DNA of 64,000 nucleotides. Origin: Alphaproteobacteria bacterium (GTDB taxonomy: Bacteria; Pseudomonadota; Alphaproteobacteria; CALKHQ01). Below, in pieces: positions 1-12,128 of this stretch. The notes under the pieces were generated by a model. The model ran no database searches. It worked only from the letters and a program-made list of their open reading frames with translations, and was not told where the DNA came from. Location of the stretch: positions 1,056,001 to 1,120,000 of the forward strand of contig CBDDFZ010000002.1 in assembly GCA_965227515.1 (NCBI GenBank), in the 5' to 3' direction. The position numbers and the translations under genes are program-made. Numbering within the stretch: position 1 is the first letter of the stretch; each line of letters starts with the position of its first letter.

Positions 1-801
1 CTCGGCCAGCACCTCCAGCCCGCGCGGCTGCTCGAACTGGTGGCTTTCCTGGTCCTGCATCGCCACCGGCCCCTGCATCGCGTCGGTCTTCGGTGCCGGC
101 AGATTGTCGGCCAGGCTGGGATCGTGGGTCAGGGTGTGGATGGCGTCGAGCCTCAACCCGTCGACGCCCTTGTCGAGCCAGAACCGGCAGGCGTCCAGCG
201 CCGCCGCCACCACCTCCGGGTTGTGGTAGTTCAGGTTCGGCTGCTCGGGCAGGAAATGGTGCAGATAGTACTGCTGGCGCTGGTTGTCCCACGACCAGGC
301 GCGGCCGCCGAAGATCGACATCCAGTTGTTGGGCTCGGTGCCGTCGGGCTTCGGATCGGCCCACACGTACCAGTCCGCCTTCGGGTTGTCGCGGCTCGAC
401 CGGCTCTCCTTGAACCAGGCGTGCTGGTCGGACGAGTGGCACAGCACCATGTCGACCAGCATCTTCAGGCCGGCGCCGTGGGTCGCCTCCAGCAGGCGGT
501 CGAAATCCGCGTTGGTGCCGAACAGCGGGTCGACCTTGCAGTAGTCGGAGACGTCGTAGCCGAAGTCGCGCATCGGCGAGGCGACGAAAGGCGAGATCCA
601 GATCGCATCGACGCCGAGGGCGGCCACGTAGGGCAGCCGATCCAGAATGCCCTTCAGATCGCCGACCCCGTCGCCATTGCTGTCCTGAAACGAGCGCGGA
701 TAGATCTGATAGAGCACCATGGCGTCGTGCCAGGGCCGGGTGGCGGCGCCATCCGTCTGCTTGTTGTCGCGGTCAAGGGTCGGCGGTGGGGTTGTGGACA
801 T
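1..801 (-). CDS. GH13 alpha-glucosidase (3' part runs off the window)
   Basis: Manual translation from ATG at 801 gives MSTTPPP...PWHDAMVLYQIYPRSFQDSNGDGVGDLKGILDRLPYVAALGVDAIWISPF...DFGYDVSDY, the classic GH13 N-terminus. Absent from the ORF track because there is no stop in the window. Confidence 0.93.
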   Translation of the reverse strand, partial: MSTTPPPTLDRDNKQTDGAATRPWHDAMVLYQIYPRSFQDSNGDGVGDLKGILDRLPYVAALGVDAIWISPFVASPMRDFGYDVSDYCKVDPLFGTNADFDRLLEATHGAGLKMLVDMVLCHSSDQHAWFKESRSSRDNPKADWYVWADPKPDGTEPNNWMSIFGGRAWSWDNQRQQYYLHHFLPEQPNLNYHNPEVVAAALDACRFWLDKGVDGLRLDAIHTLTHDPSLADNLPAPKTDAMQGPVAMQDQESHQFEQPRGLEVLAE

Positions 802-807
802 GAAGCC

Positions 808-2472
808 CTACCTGTTCGTGCTGCCCGCGCCAGGCGGGGGCTGTTGCGTCATTGCGGAGTCAACGTCGATGCGCTCCTTGAAGGTGTCGGCATCGGCGGC
901 GGCCCACCATTGCGCATAGGGCGTCTCGTCGGGCGCGTCCAGCAGCGCGTTCTCGGGCAGGAAGCGGTGCACTTCGCCCAGCGACCTCGCCTCCACGGTG
1001 TTGACGCGCATGGACAAGTGGTGCGGCTGCAGGTCGCGCGGGTGACGGTGGCCGACCGCGGCGACGATGTCGGCCAGCGCCTCCACCGTCTTGGCATGAA
1101 AGCGCGCGGCACGCTCGCCCTGCACCGGCACCACCAGCCCGCGCTGGCGCCACTTGTCCTGGGTCGTGATGCCGGTGGGGCAATCGCCCAGATGGCAGCG
1201 CTGCGCCTGGATGCAGCCGATGGACATCATGAAGGCGCGCGCCGCGTTGCACCAGTCGGCGCCCAGCGCCAGGTTCCGCGCCAGGCCCATGCCGGAATAG
1301 ACCTTGCCGCTGGCGGCCAGCCGCACGTGCCGGCGCAGCCCGGTGCCGACCAGGGCGTCGCGCACCATCACCAGCCCTTCGCTCAGCGGCATGCCGACCC
1401 AGTCCGACAATTCCAGCGGCGCCGCGCCGGTGCCGCCTTCGCCGCCGTCGACGACGATGAAGTCCAGGTGGATGCCGGTCTTCAGCATCGCCTTCATGAT
1501 CGCCAGCACCTCGTGCGGCTTGCCGACGCAAAGCTTGATGCCGACCGGCTTGCCGCCGGAAAGCTCGCGCATCCGGGCCGCGAACTCCAGCATCTCCACC
1601 GGTGTGGAGAACGCCGAATGGCCGCGCGGCGACAGGCAGTCGGCAAAGGGCTCGATCTGCCGTGCCTCGGCGATCTCCGGCGTCACCTTGGCGCCCGGCA
1701 GCATGCCGCCATGGCCCGGCTTGGCCCCCTGGCTCAGCTTGATCTCGGTCATCTTGACCTCGTCGCGCTGGGCGTTGTCGGCGAACTTCGCGGCGTCGAA
1801 CCCACCGGCCGCGTCGCGGCAGCCGAAATAGCCCGAGCCAAGCTCCCAGGCCAGGTCGCCGCCATGTGCCAGGTGATAGCGGCTGATGCCGCCCTCGCCG
1901 GTGTCGTGGTAGAAATTGCCCTGATTTGCCCCCAGGTTCAGCGCCTCGATGGCGTGGGCCGACAGCGAGCCGAAGCTCATCGCCGACACGTTGAGCACCG
2001 AGGCCGAGTAGGGCTTGGCGCACTGGTCGTTACCGACATCGACGCGCGGGTCGGTATCGGGTGCGTCGGCCGGCGCGATGGAGTGCGACACCCAGGTGTA
2101 GCCGACGTCGTCGATGTCGCGTTCGGTGCCGAACGGGTGCGCGTCGGGCTCGCCGCGGGCGCGGGCATAGACCAGGTTGCGCGCCTCGAAACTGAAGGGC
2201 TTGCCCTCCAGGTCGCCCTCCACGATGTACTGCCGCAGGAACGGCCTGAGGTCGTAGAACAGCCACCGGAACCGGGCCAGCACCGGGTAGTTGCGGGTCA
2301 GGGTCCAGCGGGTCTGGAAAAGGTCGAACAGGCCGAGCGCCACCAGCGGCACGCAGACGGCGAGGGCCAGGATCATCAGCCACAGCGGCCACGCGAACAC
2401 GACCGCGCACACCGCGAGCGCGAGGGCGGCGAGCGGGATGACGCCGCGTTGCAGGGCGGCGAGCGCGCTCAT
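808..2472 (-). CDS. FMN-binding glutamate synthase family protein with N-terminal TM helices
   Basis: SAMSFGSLS, TGEGG, EIKLSQGAKPGHGG, DGGEGGTGAAP and the CIQAQRCHLGDCPTG Fe-S motif. Confidence 0.92.
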   Translation of the reverse strand: MSALAALQRGVIPLAALALAVCAVVFAWPLWLMILALAVCVPLVALGLFDLFQTRWTLTRNYPVLARFRWLFYDLRPFLRQYIVEGDLEGKPFSFEARNLVYARARGEPDAHPFGTERDIDDVGYTWVSHSIAPADAPDTDPRVDVGNDQCAKPYSASVLNVSAMSFGSLSAHAIEALNLGANQGNFYHDTGEGGISRYHLAHGGDLAWELGSGYFGCRDAAGGFDAAKFADNAQRDEVKMTEIKLSQGAKPGHGGMLPGAKVTPEIAEARQIEPFADCLSPRGHSAFSTPVEMLEFAARMRELSGGKPVGIKLCVGKPHEVLAIMKAMLKTGIHLDFIVVDGGEGGTGAAPLELSDWVGMPLSEGLVMVRDALVGTGLRRHVRLAASGKVYSGMGLARNLALGADWCNAARAFMMSIGCIQAQRCHLGDCPTGITTQDKWRQRGLVVPVQGERAARFHAKTVEALADIVAAVGHRHPRDLQPHHLSMRVNTVEARSLGEVHRFLPENALLDAPDETPYAQWWAAADADTFKERIDVDSAMTQQPPPGAGSTNR

Positions 2473-2825
2473 GGCCGGGCGCTCTTGCTTAGGCGGTGGT
2501 GCGCGTCTTTGCGGACATCGAGGCGGGCAGGCGGGGGCAAGGCGATGCTGGTCATGCGGCGGAGTATATCTGCTGAGCCACGGATCGTGCCATCGGCTGT
2601 GCCGCCGCCGGCCCGATTGTTTCGTGTCAGGAAACAGCCATTCCTGGTCGAAAAAACCTGCGCGTCTGTCAGTTCCGCCTGTACCGCTTAGGAAGCCGCA
2701 ACCTTCGGATACAATTCCAGAAATTCGGCATCCGCAGTTGACACATCTCCGATCTGGGCCAACACTTGGATGCAGAAGATGACGGTAAATCAGTGCCGTC
2801 AGGAAAAGATAATTGGGAGGATACC

Positions 2826-4097
2826 ATGAGGCTGAACGCTTTCAGCGCCGCCCTTTTCGCTGGCGTCTCCGCGATGGCCCTGGCCAGCTACGCATCGGCC
2901 GAAGAGGTCTCGATCGTCTCCGGTGCCGTCGGCAACGACCTTGAGATCCTGCGCGGCCAGCTCGACCGTTGGGAGGAGGCCACCGGCCACACCGCCAACA
3001 TCGTCTCCATGCCGCCGTCGACGACCGACCAGTTCGGCCAGTACCGCCTGTGGCTGGCGGCCGGCAACACCGATATCGACATCTACCGGGTGGACGTGAT
3101 CTGGGCGCCGCAGCTCTCAGAGCACTTCCTCGATCTCAGCGAAGCGGCCGCCGACATCGTGGACGACCACTTCCCGTCGATCATCGAGTCCCAGACCGTG
3201 GACGGCAAGCTGGTGGCGCTGCCGTTCTTCACCGATGCGCCGGCGCTGTACTACCGCACGGACCTGCTTGAGGCGCACGGCGCCTCGGTGCCGGCCACCT
3301 GGGCCGAGCTTGCCGAGACCGCGCAGATGATCATGGATGCGGAGCGCGCGGCCGGCAACGACGGCATCTATGGCTTCGTCTTCCAGGGCGCGCCCTACGA
3401 GGGCCTGACCTGCGACGCGCTGGAGTGGGTGAAGAGCCACGGCGGCGGGCAGATCGTGGAGCCGGACGGCGAAATCTCGATCAACAACGAGAACGCGGCT
3501 GCCGCCCTTGAGATGGCTGCGTCGTGGATCGGCACCATCGCGCCGGAAGGCGTGCTGTCCTACAAGGAAGAGGACGCGCGCGGCGTTTGGCAGACTGGCA
3601 ATGCCGTGTTCATGCGCAACTGGCCGTATGCGTATTCGTTGGGCAACGGCGACGACTCCGCCGTGAAGGATCTGTTCGGCGTGGCCCCGCTGCCGATTGG
3701 CGAGGGTGGCGACACCTCCGCGGCGACCCTGGGCGGCTGGAACCTGGCCGTGTCCAAGTACTCGCAGAATCCCGACATCGCCATCGAACTGGCCCTCTAC
3801 CTGGCCAGCGAAGAGGTGCAGAAGGAAAATGCCATCGTCGGTTCGCGCCTGCCGACCATCGTGTCCTTGTACGAGGACGCGGACGTGGCGGCCGAGCAGC
3901 CGATCATTCCGCAGTGGAAGGACATCTTCCTGGCCGCCGTGCCGCGCCCGTCCGCGCCGACCAAGACCAGCTACAACGAGGTCAGCCAGGCGTTCTGGAA
4001 CGCGGTGCACGCGACCCTGTCGGGCAACGGCTCGGCCGCGGACAACCTTGCGGAACTTGAGCGCAACCTGAAGCGCCTGCGGGCCTCCGGCTGGTAG
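2826..4097 (+). CDS. Sugar (trehalose/maltose/alpha-glucoside-type) ABC substrate-binding protein
   Basis: GGGAGG SD before ATG 2826; signal peptide; DVIWAP, YEGLTC, FMRNWPYAY, LGGW and AVPRP motifs. Confidence 0.92.
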   Translation: MRLNAFSAALFAGVSAMALASYASAEEVSIVSGAVGNDLEILRGQLDRWEEATGHTANIVSMPPSTTDQFGQYRLWLAAGNTDIDIYRVDVIWAPQLSEHFLDLSEAAADIVDDHFPSIIESQTVDGKLVALPFFTDAPALYYRTDLLEAHGASVPATWAELAETAQMIMDAERAAGNDGIYGFVFQGAPYEGLTCDALEWVKSHGGGQIVEPDGEISINNENAAAALEMAASWIGTIAPEGVLSYKEEDARGVWQTGNAVFMRNWPYAYSLGNGDDSAVKDLFGVAPLPIGEGGDTSAATLGGWNLAVSKYSQNPDIAIELALYLASEEVQKENAIVGSRLPTIVSLYEDADVAAEQPIIPQWKDIFLAAVPRPSAPTKTSYNEVSQAFWNAVHATLSGNGSAADNLAELERNLKRLRASGW

Positions 4098-4210
4098 CCG
4101 GCAGCGCTCGCGCCAACGGCCAACCGCACCCGGATTCCGTCTTCTAGGGATCCGGGTGCGTCGCCGCCGCCGACGCGAGAGACGCCAAGCCCCTTCCCCC
4201 CGGTGGCGAC

Positions 4211-5234
4211 ATGGCATCCAGCAACACAAGCTCAGACGTAGCCGGCGCAGCGGTCGACACAGTGGCCGAGGCCTCCGCGGCGATCGGTGGCCATGGGGCC
4301 GCTGGCGGCGCGTCGCGCGGATCGCAGCTCACCCGCAGCCGGGTCCGCGATGCCTGGCTCTACCTGACACCGATGCTGGTGGTGCTGGCGCTGGTCGCCG
4401 GCTACCCGCTGTTGATGACCATCTTCTACGGCTTCACCGACGCCACGTTGACCACCGCGTTCAACTGGGATTTCGAGTGGGTCGGCTTCAACAACTACCT
4501 TGAGTATTTCGACTACGGCGACGGCACCGGCGACTATTTCGGCCTGCTGGTGGAATCGCAGTGGATCAACGCGGTCTGGAACACCATCAAGTTCACCGTG
4601 ATCTCGGTCAGCCTAGAAACCATCCTGGGCATGGCCGTGGCGCTGACCCTGCACGCGCATTTCCGCGGCCGTGGCCTGCTGCGCACCGCGATCCTGATCC
4701 CGTGGGCGATCCCCACCATCGTGTCGGCGAAGATGTGGGCGTGGATGCTGCACGACCAGTTCGGCATCATCAACGACCTGCTGATGGGCCTGGGCGTGAT
4801 CGCCGAGCCGATCGCATGGACGGCCTCACCCGACACCGCCATGGCGGCCGTCATCATCGTCGACGTCTGGAAGACGACGCCGTTCATGGCATTGCTGATC
4901 CTGGCCGGGCTGCAGATGCTGCCGGGCGACATCTACGAGGCGGCGAAGGTCGACGGCATCCATCCGGTCAAGGTGTTCTTCAAGGTGACCCTGCCGCTGG
5001 TGCGCCCCGCGCTGATGGTGGCGGTGATCTTCCGCGCGCTCGACAGCCTGCGCATCTTCGACCTGATCTACGTGTTGACGCCGAACAATGCCGAGACGCG
5101 CACCATGTCGATCTACGCGCAGGAGAACCTGTTCCAGTTCGACAAGTTCTATTACGGCTCGGCGGCCTCAACGCTGCTGTTCCTGGTGATCGCCATGCTT
5201 GTGATCACCGTCATCAAATTCGGGCGGATGCGTC

Positions 5235-5245
<11 letters not shown>
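4211..5245 (+). CDS. Carbohydrate ABC permease (MalF/ThuF-like)
   Basis: TM helices, WKTTPFMALLILAGLQ and the EAA loop YEAAKVDG. Confidence 0.93.
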
Positions 5246-6491
<1,246 letters not shown>

Positions 6492-6510
6492 CAGAGGGGC
6501 TTATCGGGAT

Positions 6511-7635
<1,125 letters not shown>

Positions 7636-7659
7636 CTATTGCCAGTGCTGAATCCTGTC

Positions 7660-7688
7660 AGGGGCGCCGGGCTGACCGGCGCCCCTTT
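7660..7688. terminator. Hairpin terminator between convergent genes
   Basis: AGGGGCGCCGG-gctga-CCGGCGCCCCT followed by TT. Confidence 0.75.
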
Positions 7689-7712
7689 GCGCGTGTTTGA
7701 AGGACCCCTGCA

Positions 7713-8159
7713 TCAGCAGTCATAGTGCTCGCCGCTCTGGGGCGATACGCAGTACGAGATGTCCTCGATGCAGATATCGTCCGAATCGCAGTTGTACTCG
7801 GTGCAGTGGGCGATGCCCTGGTTGTCGGCCTCGCACTCGCGCTTCTCGTAGGCCGTCGTGCCGGGCGGCAGATCGGCTGCCAGCCCCATGAGGAGATCCA
7901 GGCGGACATCGTGAGCCACCAGACCGTCGCTGAATTCGGACGGCGCGAACTCGTCGATCACCAGGGGTGCCGGCGGCAGCCGGTGGGTGGTCAGGCCGGT
8001 CGGGCCCGCGTTCGGCAGCGGCGTCGGATCGACCGGCACGACCGACACCTCGGGGCGCGGTGCCGCCGTCGATGAATTCGGGTCGGTGGCCAGGCTCTGA
8101 TTGGCCAGCGCTATGCCGGCGACCAGGACGCAACCCATCTGGGCAAATGTCTTCAACAT
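7713..8159 (-). CDS. Secreted hypothetical protein with Pro-rich linker and 6-Cys C-terminal domain
   Basis: GGAGGAG SD before ATG 8159; signal-like N-terminus; C-terminus CEADNQGIAHCTEYNCDSDDICIEDISYCVSPQSGEHYDC. Confidence 0.7.
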   Translation of the reverse strand: MLKTFAQMGCVLVAGIALANQSLATDPNSSTAAPRPEVSVVPVDPTPLPNAGPTGLTTHRLPPAPLVIDEFAPSEFSDGLVAHDVRLDLLMGLAADLPPGTTAYEKRECEADNQGIAHCTEYNCDSDDICIEDISYCVSPQSGEHYDC

Positions 8160-8301
8160 GATCTCACTCCTCCATTGGTGCCGACACAATGCCGCCACAT
8201 TCGGAGGTCGCCCGAGCGCGATCAGAGGTTCATTGCAACGGGCTCAGGGAAAGGCCGACGCGGCCACCATGGCGCCACCGTGACGCCACCGAGCCGGCCG
8301 G

Positions 8302-9174
8302 TCACTCGCACCACTTGAAGTGCAGAGCGTTCTCGACACCGTCGACATAGGGCTCGCCGAGGGTGATCCAGCCCTCGCGTCCCAACTCGGTATCGTTGCG
8401 GCGCAGCAGCGTCTCGCTGCCGTCGAGGTGACGCACGAAGGTGCCGTTCGCGCTGGTGTCGAAGATGCGGAACCGGCCGTGGGCCATTTCGATCCGCGCG
8501 TGGTGCCGCGACACGCGCCCGCCATGGATCACCAGATCGCAGTCGGCATGCCGCCCGATGGAGAGCCGCTGGCGGTCGTCGCCCATTCGCAATGTCTCGC
8601 CGTTGCAGCTGACCTCCAGGGCCCGCTCGCCGCCCGCTTCGCCCATCGCGCCGGTGGCCACCATCGTCGCGTCGTTGTCCTCGCCAAGCAGGCGATAGAC
8701 TTGGATCTGCTCGGCCTTGCCCTTCACCGGCAGCGCGTCCAGGAAGCTGATGCCGGCCTTCAACGGCGCGCTCAACTGGTCGCGTACGTCGCCGGTCATC
8801 AAGACCTCGCCGGGCTGGCTGAGATCGACCACCCGTGACGAGACATTGACGGCGTCGCCGAACACGTCCTCGTCGGTGGCGATGACGGTGCCGGCATGCA
8901 GCCCCACCCGAACCGACAGCCCGCCGCCGAACTCGTTGTCGACCATACGCACCGCGCTCATCAGCGCGGCGTCGGCGGCGTCGAACACCGCGAACAGGCC
9001 ATCGCCCAGGCCCTTGACGACCCGGCCCTTGAAGACGTCCACGTCGCCGTGCAGGGTTGCCAGCACATCGGCCACCAACCGGTATGCACTCTGGTCGCCC
9101 TGCTCGTCATAGAGCCGGGTGCTGTCGCAGATGTCGGCAAACAGGATGGTTGCCGGCAGTCGGTTCTCCGCCAA
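8302..9174 (-). CDS. Class III adenylate/guanylate cyclase with C-terminal FHA domain
   Basis: ILFADICDST, VKGLGDG, RVGLHAG, DVFGDAVNVSSR, VKGK; FHA motifs IGRH, VSRHHA and SANGT. Probable TTG start at 9174 after GGAG. Confidence 0.9.
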   Translation of the reverse strand: MAENRLPATILFADICDSTRLYDEQGDQSAYRLVADVLATLHGDVDVFKGRVVKGLGDGLFAVFDAADAALMSAVRMVDNEFGGGLSVRVGLHAGTVIATDEDVFGDAVNVSSRVVDLSQPGEVLMTGDVRDQLSAPLKAGISFLDALPVKGKAEQIQVYRLLGEDNDATMVATGAMGEAGGERALEVSCNGETLRMGDDRQRLSIGRHADCDLVIHGGRVSRHHARIEMAHGRFRIFDTSANGTFVRHLDGSETLLRRNDTELGREGWITLGEPYVDGVENALHFKWCE

Positions 9175-9452
9175 AGCAGGGCGCTCCACTGCACATGAAT
9201 GAGCGATCGGCCGGGGGGCTTCGGTCGCGGACGCTAACCTAGCCAATCCGTCAACGGAATTCGAGCATGGTTTGGGCCCACTGTGCAGTGACTGCCGACA
9301 CAAGCATAGGCGATGCGACAGGCGGCCGCGGAACGGGCGGTCTGCCTCACCGGCGCCCGATTAACCCGGCATTGAGGCCGGGTGACTATGTGGTAACAGT
9401 CGGATTGCCAGGGTCGAATCGCGGCGCTGGCCAAGCAATGGGAGCATGATTG

Positions 9453-9920
9453 ATGTTGCGTTCTTGTGTACTGGCTGCGGCACTGGCCGTTGCCTCGGTC
9501 GGCGTTGCCGAGGCCTGTCCGGACTGGCAGCAACCGCCTTCGTTCGGCCAGATCGACCTTCAGGAGGGGTTTCCGCAAGACCCCTACACCCGCAGCATCA
9601 CGGCTGGCGGCACCTATGCGCTGGCCAACTGCTTCGGTCCCGAATACACCGGCACCGTCGCGCGCAAGCCGGACTTCGACATCTACTACAACACCAGCGG
9701 CGCCTCGAACCTGACGATCTACGTGGTCTCCAACTACGACACCATGCTGCTGATCAACGATCCGAACGGCAACTGGCTGTACAACGATGACTTCGGCGAC
9801 AGCCTGAACCCCAGCATCACGATCCAGAATGCGCCGGCCGGTCTCTACGATGTCTGGATCGGCTCTTTCGACGGCGGCCGCGGGCTGCCGGGAACGCTCT
9901 ACATCAGCGAACTCTACTAG
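9453..9920 (+). CDS. Small secreted PPC/beta-sandwich-like protein
   Basis: Signal peptide (AEA-C), DTMLLINDPNGNWLYNDD and GLYDVWIGS. Confidence 0.78.
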   Translation: MLRSCVLAAALAVASVGVAEACPDWQQPPSFGQIDLQEGFPQDPYTRSITAGGTYALANCFGPEYTGTVARKPDFDIYYNTSGASNLTIYVVSNYDTMLLINDPNGNWLYNDDFGDSLNPSITIQNAPAGLYDVWIGSFDGGRGLPGTLYISELY

Positions 9921-10124
9921 CCCTCCGGCGCCATTCGGGCCGTCCGCCAATTGTGATCCGGTTGGCAATTCATTAACCATAACAGAACCTTGCACCAACC
10001 TTGCCGAGGCGCGTAGGGTGGGCCATATCCGGTTTGGTCCTACCCTGCGGGCTCAGCAAGACGGCATTTCGAGGCGTAGGGGAGGTGGGGCCACACCCGT
10101 TAACCCTGGGGAACTTCGAAAGGT

Positions 10125-10580
10125 ATGCGGGGGCAATTGGTATCGGCCTTGGTCGGCGTCGTGCTCGGCGTCGGCTGTGGGGTGCTCGGCTTCGTCATCG
10201 GGTGGGATGCCGCGCAGGAGAGCCTGCGCGAGAATCTGGTTTTCGTCAGCGCGGTCGACGACACTAGCACCGTCGAGATCATGGGCGAGGGCGGTACCGA
10301 AACGGTGCAACTGGTCGGTGTCGACCTGCCGCGCGTGAACGACGCGGCGTGCGTGGACGAGCGGCGCGCGGCCTATACCGCGGCCAACGCGCTGCGCAGC
10401 CTGATCGCGAATTTCAAGAACCGTGTGACACTGTCGGATATCGAGCCCGGCGCCGGCGGCGACGATGTGGTGCGGGCCCGTATCTGGGTCGACGACATCG
10501 ACGTGTCGCAGTGGCTGATCGACAACGGCTACGGCTTCCTGCCGGGCGACCCGGCGGCGTCCGGGTGGTGCGGTAACTAA
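10125..10580 (+). CDS. Membrane-anchored thermonuclease (SNase)-fold protein, probably catalytically degenerate
   Basis: N-terminal TM; ETVQLVGVDLP and ARIWVDDIDVSQWLIDNGYG match the SNase pattern. Confidence 0.65.
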   Translation: MRGQLVSALVGVVLGVGCGVLGFVIGWDAAQESLRENLVFVSAVDDTSTVEIMGEGGTETVQLVGVDLPRVNDAACVDERRAAYTAANALRSLIANFKNRVTLSDIEPGAGGDDVVRARIWVDDIDVSQWLIDNGYGFLPGDPAASGWCGN

Positions 10581-10621
10581 TTCGCTTAGCGGAAAAAGTC
10601 ACCGCACCACCGGGCCTGTAA

Positions 10622-11920
10622 TTACTCCGCCGCGGCGGCCTGGGGCGCCCCTGACAGGGCCTGATCCAGATCGGCGATGATGTCGTCGATGTGCTCGATG
10701 CCCACAGACAGGCGCACATAGCCCTCGGTGACGCCGGTGCGCAGCTGCTCCTCGGCCGTCAACTGCGAATGGGTCGTCGTCGCCGGATGGATCGCCAGGC
10801 TGCGCGCGTCGCCGATGTTGGCGACGTGGTAGAAGAGCTGCAGCCGGTTGATGAACTCCCGGCCGGCGTCACGCCCGCCCTTCAGCTCGAAGCCGACCAG
10901 GCCGCCATAGCCGCCCTTGAGGTAGGCATCGGCACGGCGCTTCGGCTCGCCGGACTGCAGACCGGGATAGATCACGTCGGCGACGTCGGCATGGTTGGAC
11001 AGATAATCGGCCACCTTGGCGGCGTTCTCGTTGTGCGCGCGCATGCGCAGCGGCAGCGTCTCCAGGCCCTGGATGAAGTTGAACGCGTTCATCGGGCTGA
11101 TCGCCGAGCCCAGGTCGCGCAACAGCACCGTGCGCATGCGCAGGGCATAGGCGATGGGCCCCAGCGGCTTCACCGCCTCGGTCCAGACCGCGCCGTGATA
11201 GCTGTGGTCCGGCGTGTTCAGCGCCGGCTGGCGCTCCGGATGCGCTTCCCAGTCGAAGGTGCCGCTGTCGACGACGATGCCGCCGATGGAGGTGCCGTGC
11301 CCGCCGATGTACTTGGTCATCGAATAGACGTTGATCGCCGCGCCATGGGCAAACGTGTTGCAGATGATGGGGGCGGCGGTGTTGTCCATGATCAGCGGGA
11401 TGCCGAACTCACGGCCAATGTCGGAGACTTCCTTGATCGGGAAGACGTGCAGCTTTGGGTTCGGCAGCGTTTCGGCGTAGTAGGCGCGGGTGCGGTCGTC
11501 GGTGGCGCGGCGGAAGTTCTCCGGGTCCGACGGGTCGACGAAGCGCACGTCGATGCCCTGCTGGCGCAGCGTGTTGTTGAACAGGTTCCAGGTGCCGCCA
11601 TAAAGGTCGGTGGAGCTGACCACGTTGTCGCCGGCCCAGGCCAGGTTCTGCAGCGCGAAGGCCGAGGCCGCCTGGCCGGAGCTGAGCGCCAGCGCCACGG
11701 CGCCGCCGTCCAGCGCGGCCATGCGCTGCTCCAGCACGTCCTGGGTCGGGTTCATGATGCGGGTGTAGATGTTGCCCAGTTCCTGCAACGCGAACAGGCG
11801 CGAGGCATGGTCGGTGTCCTGGAACTGGTACGACGTGGTCTGGTAGATCGGCACCGCGACGGCGCCCGTGGTCGGGTCGGCGCGGTGGCCGGCGTGCAGG
11901 ACGATTGTTTCCGGCTTCAT
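10622..11920 (-). CDS. metY: O-acetylhomoserine aminocarboxypropyltransferase (sulfhydrylase)
   Basis: AVAVPIYQTTSY, GNIYTRIMNPT, SSGQAA, PLP lysine in SMTKYIGGHG and ANIGD; AAGGAG SD. Confidence 0.92.
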   Translation of the reverse strand: MKPETIVLHAGHRADPTTGAVAVPIYQTTSYQFQDTDHASRLFALQELGNIYTRIMNPTQDVLEQRMAALDGGAVALALSSGQAASAFALQNLAWAGDNVVSSTDLYGGTWNLFNNTLRQQGIDVRFVDPSDPENFRRATDDRTRAYYAETLPNPKLHVFPIKEVSDIGREFGIPLIMDNTAAPIICNTFAHGAAINVYSMTKYIGGHGTSIGGIVVDSGTFDWEAHPERQPALNTPDHSYHGAVWTEAVKPLGPIAYALRMRTVLLRDLGSAISPMNAFNFIQGLETLPLRMRAHNENAAKVADYLSNHADVADVIYPGLQSGEPKRRADAYLKGGYGGLVGFELKGGRDAGREFINRLQLFYHVANIGDARSLAIHPATTTHSQLTAEEQLRTGVTEGYVRLSVGIEHIDDIIADLDQALSGAPQAAAAE

Positions 11921-12128
11921 TATTTGGCGTCTCCTTTTTTGGTGCCGCGCGACGCGCGACCCGGTTGGCTTGGCAGTGTTGCGTACTCGACTGATGCACC
12001 GGGGGCGGGGCGTCGCGTCGCGCCATTTAGCGCATGGCAGCGTCAAACGTTGTGACGGCTGACACAGGATAGCGCGCCCCGGCGGCTTCTCAACGCGTTT
12101 CTGAGCGGCGCGAGGCGTTTGGCATCCG

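Noticed and set aside
808-2472. Possible N-methylglutamate synthase subunit linked to tmm
   Set aside because: It has the N-terminal TM architecture of the stand-alone family, no partner subunits, and lies about 28 kb from tmm.
40-2691. Very long alternative-frame ORFs (e.g. 40-2691+, 23402-26221-, 47645-49183-, 58145-60691+)
   Set aside because: They are antisense shadows of well-supported genes, expected in high-GC DNA, and carry no recognisable motifs.
12040-12060. GTCACAACG...TGAC upstream of metY resembling a SAM-SAH riboswitch
   Set aside because: It lacks the GCTTCCTGGCG core and is too far from the SD.
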